Positions 58,174 through 64,000 of a stretch of 64,000 bases of DNA are shown here, one piece after another; the first letter of the stretch is position 1, and the number at the start of each line of letters is the position of its first letter. The notes under the pieces are model-generated. The model did no database searches. It was not told the origin of the DNA and saw nothing but the letters and a program-made list of their open reading frames with translations. The stretch is from an uncultured Candidatus Saccharibacteria bacterium. GTDB lineage: Bacteria > Patescibacteriota > Doudnabacteria > UBA920. Where the stretch lies: positions 10,111 to 74,110 of the forward strand of contig CAZDEP010000003.1 in the NCBI GenBank assembly GCA_964504715.1. The letters are read 5' to 3'. Position numbers and translations under genes: made by a program.

Positions 58174-58190
58174 ACATTCTTAATTAATTA

Positions 58191-58244
58191 GGACTAATAG
58201 GTCGAATAGGTCGCATGAGACTTATAAGTCCTATAAATTTATAG
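58191..58244 (-). promoter_or_regulatory. conserved upstream element: palindromic CTTATAAG followed by tandem GACCTAT(T)C repeats, ~20-65 nt upstream of the start codon; it recurs upstream of the next two genes on this strand
   Basis: Minus-strand reading: tataggacttataagtctcatgcgacctattcgacctattagtcc...ATG. Similar copies occur at 60937-60967 and 63037-63100. Confidence 0.4.
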
Positions 58245-58248
58245 TAGC

Positions 58249-60360
58249 TTATTTGCCCAAAGTATAAAGACGGTAGACTTCGGCGGCGGTAAGGGAGCGG
58301 GAATATACGCGCACGTCGTCCAGACTGCCGTCAAAGTCGCCGGCATCGCCTGCGCACGAACCCGTAGAGTATGCTAGCCATAGATAATTACTTAAGCCAC
58401 TGGCAATGTACGTAGCCTGGGAAGTGGTATTTTCCAAAGAACCATTGACGTAAATTTTCAAGCCGCCGCTCGCGTCCCAGGTATTTACTATGTGCGTCCA
58501 AACTCCGCTGCTTATGGTGGATGTGCCGGTTACCGAAACCCCTCCCCCATTCCAACTGTAGCCGCGGGCATAGCCCGATACAATTGCCATTGGCGGCAGG
58601 CACCAACCTAAGGCGTCAGCTCGAGAAGACATGTGAATTATATTCCCGTCGGTTTCCCCGCTGTTCGGCCTTACCCAAGCCGCGAAAGTATAGTCTCGGT
58701 TGGAAGTGCCCGCTTCGCTAAAACCGCTTGCGGTAGTGTACTGGCCGCTGCCCGTAAAATTCATGCCCTGGCCAACTTTCCCAATGGCCGGGGCAGGACT
58801 GCCCGTAAGAGTTGAATTTCGCGCGTTGCCGCTGCGGTCGTAAACTGTGGCGCCGGAAACGTCGGGACCGTCAAAACTCCACAGGCCCACCAGGCCTTCC
58901 GTCATTTTGCTGTTTTGCGACGCGTTAACTTTGGTTTCATTCTGCGTATAAAGCGCGGCAATTTCGGCAGCCGACAACGCGCGGTTGTAAACGCGAACGT
59001 CGTCTATTATTCCGTTAAAATAGGCGTAAGTTCCACCTCCTAAATTAACATCTAAGCGCCCCATTTCAGGTTTTGAATCGGTAATGTTGGGCGACTGATC
59101 GCCCCCCACATCAAAATAGGCTGCGCCGGTTACCAACGAACCATCTACATATATTTTACTTGTCGATGCTATTAGGCCGGGAGTTTTAGTCATAACTACA
59201 AAATGCCATTCTGCGGTTGATAAAGCGTTATCGGCTTTAAATCTTTTTTGATAGAAATCCAAAGCTGGCCTTCCCCCATATAAAGTCATTGATAAACCCT
59301 GAGCTGTTGCATAGCGCTGTATTGAAATTGGCGCTGCATAATTAGAGTACCACTGACTTGCTTTTACCCACAGACTTAAAGTTAATGTTGCATCTCCCGA
59401 AATCCCTAAATTTTGACTTCCAACAATGTAGTTAGTGCTGCCGTTAAAATTAAGTGCGCCGCCTTTTTTACCAGTGGTCCAAGTTGCAGATGTTATTATT
59501 CCTGTGTTGCCGTTTCCGCTTGAGTCGCCGGCATGTCCGCCCGAGCCTTCATTCATTGGCCAGTAGCCCACTAGGCCGGAATTGGAAACCAATTTTCTGG
59601 TAACCTGCCCGCTTTGGTAAAGCGCGGTGATTTCGGTGGCGCTTAACTCACGGCTATAAAGCCTCAAGTCATCTATTTTGCCGTTAAAAAAAGCTTGTTC
59701 GTTTACGCCTGTGGGGGCATCAACGCCAATATATAGAGGAGCCGATGTGGTTTCGGTGTTTAAGAGCCCGCTTACTGCGCCGTCCGCCACTCCGTCCAAA
59801 TAAAATGTTCCTGTCTTTGCCGCATTGTTAAAAACAAACGCCACATGATGCCAGGTGTTGAGGCTGGGGGATGTGTTGCTTGTCCTTAAAGCGGACCCGC
59901 CAAACTCCTGATACCAAATTAATTTATTCCCATTTGAAAGGCCAAATTCGTAAGTAGGCGAATTTAAACCATCGTTCTTGCTAATAATAATTCTATATGT
60001 GCCTGCTCCGCCAGCTATGTATATCCAGGCTGCCGTAGTTATGTCAGTACTTATCATATCCAAAGCCGGAGTGGTAGATGCGGCAATGTAGTCGCTGCTG
60101 CCGTTAAAATTCAAAGCACCGCCTTTTTTACCAGTTGTCCAAGTCCCGCCGGTTATTGTTCCGGCGTTGCCGTTGCCGCTTGCGTCGCCGGCTTTGTAGC
60201 CGGTGGCGTCGTCAAGCGGCCAGTAGCCCACGAGGCCGAGGTTGCTCGGCGGTTTGCCTATGGTGGCGGCCAAGGCTGTTTTGGGCAATGGGAAAAAGGC
60301 GGCGAGAATGGCCAAAAGGAGGAAAAGGGTGAAATGGGTTTTAAAAGGTGAAAGGGGCAT
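58249..60360 (-). CDS. secreted protein with four tandem concanavalin A-like lectin/LamG (Laminin_G_3-type) domains
   Basis: Signal peptide, then four repeats of LVGYWP(L/M)(D/N)...GDSSGNGN.G.I....W..G..G.AL.FNG...YI ... DDVRVYNRALSAAEI. Confidence 0.8.
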   Translation of the reverse strand: MPLSPFKTHFTLFLLLAILAAFFPLPKTALAATIGKPPSNLGLVGYWPLDDATGYKAGDASGNGNAGTITGGTWTTGKKGGALNFNGSSDYIAASTTPALDMISTDITTAAWIYIAGGAGTYRIIISKNDGLNSPTYEFGLSNGNKLIWYQEFGGSALRTSNTSPSLNTWHHVAFVFNNAAKTGTFYLDGVADGAVSGLLNTETTSAPLYIGVDAPTGVNEQAFFNGKIDDLRLYSRELSATEITALYQSGQVTRKLVSNSGLVGYWPMNEGSGGHAGDSSGNGNTGIITSATWTTGKKGGALNFNGSTNYIVGSQNLGISGDATLTLSLWVKASQWYSNYAAPISIQRYATAQGLSMTLYGGRPALDFYQKRFKADNALSTAEWHFVVMTKTPGLIASTSKIYVDGSLVTGAAYFDVGGDQSPNITDSKPEMGRLDVNLGGGTYAYFNGIIDDVRVYNRALSAAEIAALYTQNETKVNASQNSKMTEGLVGLWSFDGPDVSGATVYDRSGNARNSTLTGSPAPAIGKVGQGMNFTGSGQYTTASGFSEAGTSNRDYTFAAWVRPNSGETDGNIIHMSSRADALGWCLPPMAIVSGYARGYSWNGGGVSVTGTSTISSGVWTHIVNTWDASGGLKIYVNGSLENTTSQATYIASGLSNYLWLAYSTGSCAGDAGDFDGSLDDVRVYSRSLTAAEVYRLYTLGK

Positions 60361-60372
60361 AAAAGGGGTTAA

Positions 60373-60927
60373 TTACCAATTCCAGCTGGTTAAAATGTCG
60401 CTGACTAATTGCTGGTTTTCAATTTTTGCCGAAATTTGGTACAAATGCCCGCTATGGACAAACCACACTTCCCGCGTTTTGCTTCCGCCCGCATCACTTT
60501 CAAACGCCACGGCCGGTTCGCCGTCGACCATTACATCCATAGTTTGCTCCATTGGCATATCGGGCAAATCCTGCGAAATTTTTTGCGCGGTGAGCGGGCC
60601 TTTTTCACTGAACTCCGTAACATATATTTGCGTTTGGCGGTTTTGCTCCCCTGTTAATTTTACCATAAGCATTTCGCCTTCGCCTTCGGGAAAAGTGCCG
60701 GTGCTGAATTTTTCGGCAAGCGAAAAGGTAAAGCCAAAAAGCGGATGGGTGTAGCTAAAACTTTCCGCGGAATTTTTTTGCGGTTGCAATAAGGCTGCGG
60801 GGTTTTGGAAAATGGTTTTTTCCGTGTTTGAGGCTTGGTCGGTTTTTTTACTTTTATCCCAAACAAACGTCCCGGCCGCTAAGGCTAAGATAATGGCGAT
60901 TAAGATATAAGGGAGATTTTTTTTCAT
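60373..60927 (-). CDS. hypothetical membrane-anchored extracytoplasmic protein (184 aa)
   Basis: N-terminal TM anchor with a soluble domain. It is inserted between two LamG paralogs and has the same upstream motif. Confidence 0.5.
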   Translation of the reverse strand: MKKNLPYILIAIILALAAGTFVWDKSKKTDQASNTEKTIFQNPAALLQPQKNSAESFSYTHPLFGFTFSLAEKFSTGTFPEGEGEMLMVKLTGEQNRQTQIYVTEFSEKGPLTAQKISQDLPDMPMEQTMDVMVDGEPAVAFESDAGGSKTREVWFVHSGHLYQISAKIENQQLVSDILTSWNW

Positions 60928-60936
60928 AAAAATTTT

Positions 60937-60967
60937 AATAGGTCCAATAGGACTTATAAGCCCTATT
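60937..60967 (-). promoter_or_regulatory. second copy of the CTTATAAG / (G)GACCTATT-repeat upstream element (upstream of the 60373-60927 gene; it overlaps the stop codon of the 60963-63083 gene)
   Basis: Minus-strand reading: aatagggcttataagtcctattggacctattaaaatttttATG. Confidence 0.4.
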
Positions 60968-63083
60968 TTCCTAAATTATAAAGCTGCTTAATTTCCGCGG
61001 CCGAAAGGGCGCGGTTGTAAATGCGGACTTCGTCTAAAATCCCGTTAAAATAATACCCCGCTATTCCCGCAATACTGCCAAGGGTAATATCCACATTGCT
61101 TGTCCAGCTGTAAGAAAGCGTACCGCTCCCGTCAGCCGTGCCGTTTAAATAAAAAGTGGCACTTGTTCCGTTTATTGAAACCGCGGCGTGATACCATTCG
61201 TCTGTATTTAAAATCGTGTTAGCGTAAATAGCCGGACCGCCGGAGTCAAACAATGCCAGTCTTTGATAGTTGGCCTCGGGGCTGCCGTTAATTCCGGTGA
61301 CAACAAAATTCAAACCAGGCCGGCGGCTTACTATTCCGGCCCTATACGAACTCGTAAACGCAGAGACTTTTATCCAGGCCGAAAAAGTCATGGCACTAAG
61401 CCCATTGAAACTCGCCTTCTGTCCGACATTAATAGTGTCGTCCACTCCGTCAAAACTCCAACCCTGGCCGATTCTGCCGGCGTCCGCGCGGCCGCCGGAA
61501 TTGTCGCCGTTGTTGCCCTGGCCGCTCATATCCAAAATTTCCGCGGTGGTAGACGCCATATTTAAATTATTCCCGTTAAAGCTCCACAAACCCACCAGGC
61601 CGTCGGTGAGCCGGTTGTTGGTATTGGCGTTCAGCGTAGTTTCGTTTTGTCTGTAAAGATTTTGGATTTCGGCTGCGGAGAGCGCGCGGTTGTAAAAGCG
61701 GAGGTCGTCATACTTTCCGGTAAAAGGTATACCATGTCCATACCCAATACGGGCAGAAGAATCTACGGTGGCCTGAAAATTTGCGTTACTCCTGGAAGTT
61801 ACTAGTGCGCCATTTACATACACAGCCATTGTATCATTGGCCACGGCATCGGAAGTGCCCGACCAAGTAAAGGCTATGTAAGACCATTGATTTTGGGGTA
61901 TATAAGATGAAGTGGTAAAAGTTAAATCATTACTGCAACAGTCTGAACCGTTGCCCATGCGAAAATAAAATGTTCCGCCCCAATAATTAAACATAGAAAT
62001 CCAATCCACCCAGTTTTGGCTGGCAGAATCGTGGGTTTGCCAGAAGCCCCACTGCGCGGCTGTCGGATAAACCCATCCGGCAACCGTGCCATTGGTAGAA
62101 CTTATACCTGTGGTATTGTGAGTCAGGTACGTGTCGCCTCCCGCGAAATTTAATCCATTACTCCGTTTGCCATTTATCCAGGTAGGGAGAGCCCCGCCCG
62201 CAAACGTGGCAGTATTAGCTTTTCCACTGCTGTCCCCCGCCACGGTGCCGCGGTTTTCGTTAAAAGGCCAATACCCCACAAGGCCTCGTTCGCTGACGGA
62301 TTTTCTTGTCACCTGTCCGGAACGGTAAAGAGTTGCAACGTCGGCTGCCGACAAAGCGCGATTGTATACGCGCACGTCGTCTATTTGTCCGTCAAAATGA
62401 TGTCCGGTAGCGCAACAATAGGCCAATTTGCCGATTGTGAACGGATTGGAATCGTAAGATATGGAAGCTACTGTGTGAGAATGCGTGCCCACCTGCACCC
62501 CATTAACGTACAAATATAAATTGCCTGAAGCGGAATAGGTACCAACCACATGATACCATTGTCCGACCGGCAATAGGACAGATACGCTGTCATATGACCC
62601 ATCACCAACTTCAAAAATAAATGAGTTACTGGCCGTGTAATAACCAAAAAAATACCCTGTCCCGCTGTTTAAATTCCCGCCACTCTCCACTACCGGTCCC
62701 CATTCATTATCTACAGCATCCGGCTTAATCCAAGCAGATACTGTTAAGGCTGTTGTGGGATTTAACACTGACGATGCAGTGACTGATACATGTTGGTCTG
62801 TGCCGTTAAAATCTAAAGCTTTCCCCCTCTTCCCGCTTGCCCAACTTGCGCCGGTAATTGTGCCGGTGTTGCCGTTGCCGGAAGAGTCGCTGGCAATTAC
62901 GCCACTGGCGTCGTCAAGCGGCCAGTAGCCCACGAGCCCAAGATTGCTCGGGGCTTTGGTGAGGGTGGCGGCGCGGACGGGGAGGGGTCGGGCGAAGGGC
63001 GCGGTTAAAATAGCGGCGATGATTATAGTCAACGCAAGATAAGTCTTATAAGTCGTATTGGTCGCATAGGTCTTATTTGTCAT
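60963..63083 (-). CDS. secreted protein with four tandem LamG/concanavalin A-like domains; paralog of 58249-60360
   Basis: Same repeat signature (LVGYWPLDDASG...SSGNGNTGTITGASW..GKRGKALDFNG...; DDVRVYNRALSAADV; DEVRIYNRALSAAEI). Confidence 0.8.
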   Translation of the reverse strand: MTNKTYATNTTYKTYLALTIIIAAILTAPFARPLPVRAATLTKAPSNLGLVGYWPLDDASGVIASDSSGNGNTGTITGASWASGKRGKALDFNGTDQHVSVTASSVLNPTTALTVSAWIKPDAVDNEWGPVVESGGNLNSGTGYFFGYYTASNSFIFEVGDGSYDSVSVLLPVGQWYHVVGTYSASGNLYLYVNGVQVGTHSHTVASISYDSNPFTIGKLAYCCATGHHFDGQIDDVRVYNRALSAADVATLYRSGQVTRKSVSERGLVGYWPFNENRGTVAGDSSGKANTATFAGGALPTWINGKRSNGLNFAGGDTYLTHNTTGISSTNGTVAGWVYPTAAQWGFWQTHDSASQNWVDWISMFNYWGGTFYFRMGNGSDCCSNDLTFTTSSYIPQNQWSYIAFTWSGTSDAVANDTMAVYVNGALVTSRSNANFQATVDSSARIGYGHGIPFTGKYDDLRFYNRALSAAEIQNLYRQNETTLNANTNNRLTDGLVGLWSFNGNNLNMASTTAEILDMSGQGNNGDNSGGRADAGRIGQGWSFDGVDDTINVGQKASFNGLSAMTFSAWIKVSAFTSSYRAGIVSRRPGLNFVVTGINGSPEANYQRLALFDSGGPAIYANTILNTDEWYHAAVSINGTSATFYLNGTADGSGTLSYSWTSNVDITLGSIAGIAGYYFNGILDEVRIYNRALSAAEIKQLYNLGK

Positions 63084-63101
63084 ATAGGTCGTATTGGTCC
63101 T

Positions 63102-64000
63102 TTACCTAATTTTCACCTGGCCACGGACTTTTATGGCCGGGGCTGTGCCTGTGCCGCCGGCGCCGGATTTGGAGCTGGTTTGTGTGGCGCCAAAGGAATA
63201 AAAAGTAGCCGGATTGCTTTGGTTGTTATATTCGGTAGCAACCCAGTCGGGACCGCGGGCCATGCCCTTGCTTAAACGGATTTCGTCCCCATACCCACTC
63301 AACATTTCACTGGCGACATCTTGCGTGTTAAAAAGCACCAGGGTATCTACGTCGGTAACCGGCGCGGCGTTACCGGTGTTGGCCCACGCGCCGGTAACTT
63401 GAACACCATCCACATATAATTTTGCGGTTGTGCTGCTGGCAAAAGTATAAGTGAAAACATAATGATGATACGCCGTAATATCCGTATCGGCCACGTTATG
63501 GTAATACGCCGCCCACGAAACATCGCCCGACTCGCGGTAATGAAAACTAATGGAATTAGAAACAGATTCCCCCACCCCGCCACCATTAAAGTCAAATTCC
63601 AAATTACGCTTGCTGCTAGAGCCGGCTTTTACCAGAGAAATTATTGGCCTATAACTAGTCGTGCCAATCCGCTTAATCCAAGCTTCTATGGTTATAATGT
63701 CCGCGGAATTATATGCCAGGGCGCCCATGGCAGAACGCTTGGCAAAAGCCGAAGTACTTGTAGCGCTGGCACCTCCATCTATATAGCCCGCAGCCGGGTA
63801 GACCGTGCTGTTATTGGTTAAATTATAAGCGTTAGTGGTTGAATCGTTAAGCGAAAGGGTTGTGCCGTTGGCTAAATGGTACACGGCCTTATAATAACTA
63901 TCCCACGTGGAAGTCGCATTCTGCTGGTCGGCGGCGCCGCTGTTGCCGTAATATAAATATAAAACCGTATCAGATGTGCCTGAAAGCGTGGGCACGTTTA
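63102..64000 (-). CDS. C-terminal part of another large LamG/jelly-roll-like secreted protein (the gene continues beyond the window end)
   Basis: The ORF runs to the window edge. Its composition is similar to the neighbours (N.S/T-rich, ...YHHYVFTY...LYVDGVQV). Confidence 0.55.
   Translation of the reverse strand, partial: NVPTLSGTSDTVLYLYYGNSGAADQQNATSTWDSYYKAVYHLANGTTLSLNDSTTNAYNLTNNSTVYPAAGYIDGGASATSTSAFAKRSAMGALAYNSADIITIEAWIKRIGTTSYRPIISLVKAGSSSKRNLEFDFNGGGVGESVSNSISFHYRESGDVSWAAYYHNVADTDITAYHHYVFTYTFASSTTAKLYVDGVQVTGAWANTGNAAPVTDVDTLVLFNTQDVASEMLSGYGDEIRLSKGMARGPDWVATEYNNQSNPATFYSFGATQTSSKSGAGGTGTAPAIKVRGQVKIR

Overview
The window reads as an uncultivated bacterial genome fragment. Giant surface proteins, LamG-domain arrays and a type IV pilin-like gene are reminiscent of CPR/Patescibacteria-like lineages; this is an inference from gene content, not a search result. 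No rRNA, tRNA or CRISPR array was found. Three blocks stand out.

(1) Coordinates ~2.5-25.3 kb hold about 30 genes, all on the minus strand, forming a heavy-metal (mainly copper) homeostasis island. It has three P1B-type ATPases, an HMA-fused TauE/DsbD_2-like permease, a CopZ-like chaperone, a CsoR-family repressor, a Met-rich multicopper oxidase, a thiol-disulfide module (CcdA, DUF1573, DsbA), redox partners (cytochrome b5-like, FNR-like reductase) and many small His/Cys-containing membrane proteins. The island is bounded on the left by a RadC-like gene with a duplicated ~140 bp leader element, and on the right by a ~580 bp strongly biased non-coding tract and a GIY-YIG gene.

(2) The core/housekeeping segment at 25.8-49 kb carries a GIY-YIG nuclease gene, csp, a type IV pilin-like gene with an FN3 exoprotein, PadR with a PspC/DUF2807 membrane protein, a 1785-aa beta-helix/PT-linker/LamG surface protein, an ArsR(SdpR-like)/SdpI-like pair, pgl, argH, an amidohydrolase, an NRAMP transporter, infC-rpmI-rplT, a PaaX-like regulator and a GCS2-family ligase.

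(3) From 49 kb to the window end there is a minus-strand array of very large secreted proteins. These include beta-helix repeat proteins, a LamG+PA14 protein and three paralogous tandem-LamG proteins. Two of them share a duplicated ~590 bp C-terminal module, and the three 5'-most genes have a recurring upstream CTTATAAG / GACCTAT-repeat motif.

Several structured intergenic elements were noticed: a duplicated leader, a perfectly nested Y-shaped hairpin upstream of the NRAMP gene, operator-like repeats, and intrinsic terminators. All functional calls rest on motif recognition by eye. No database search was run.
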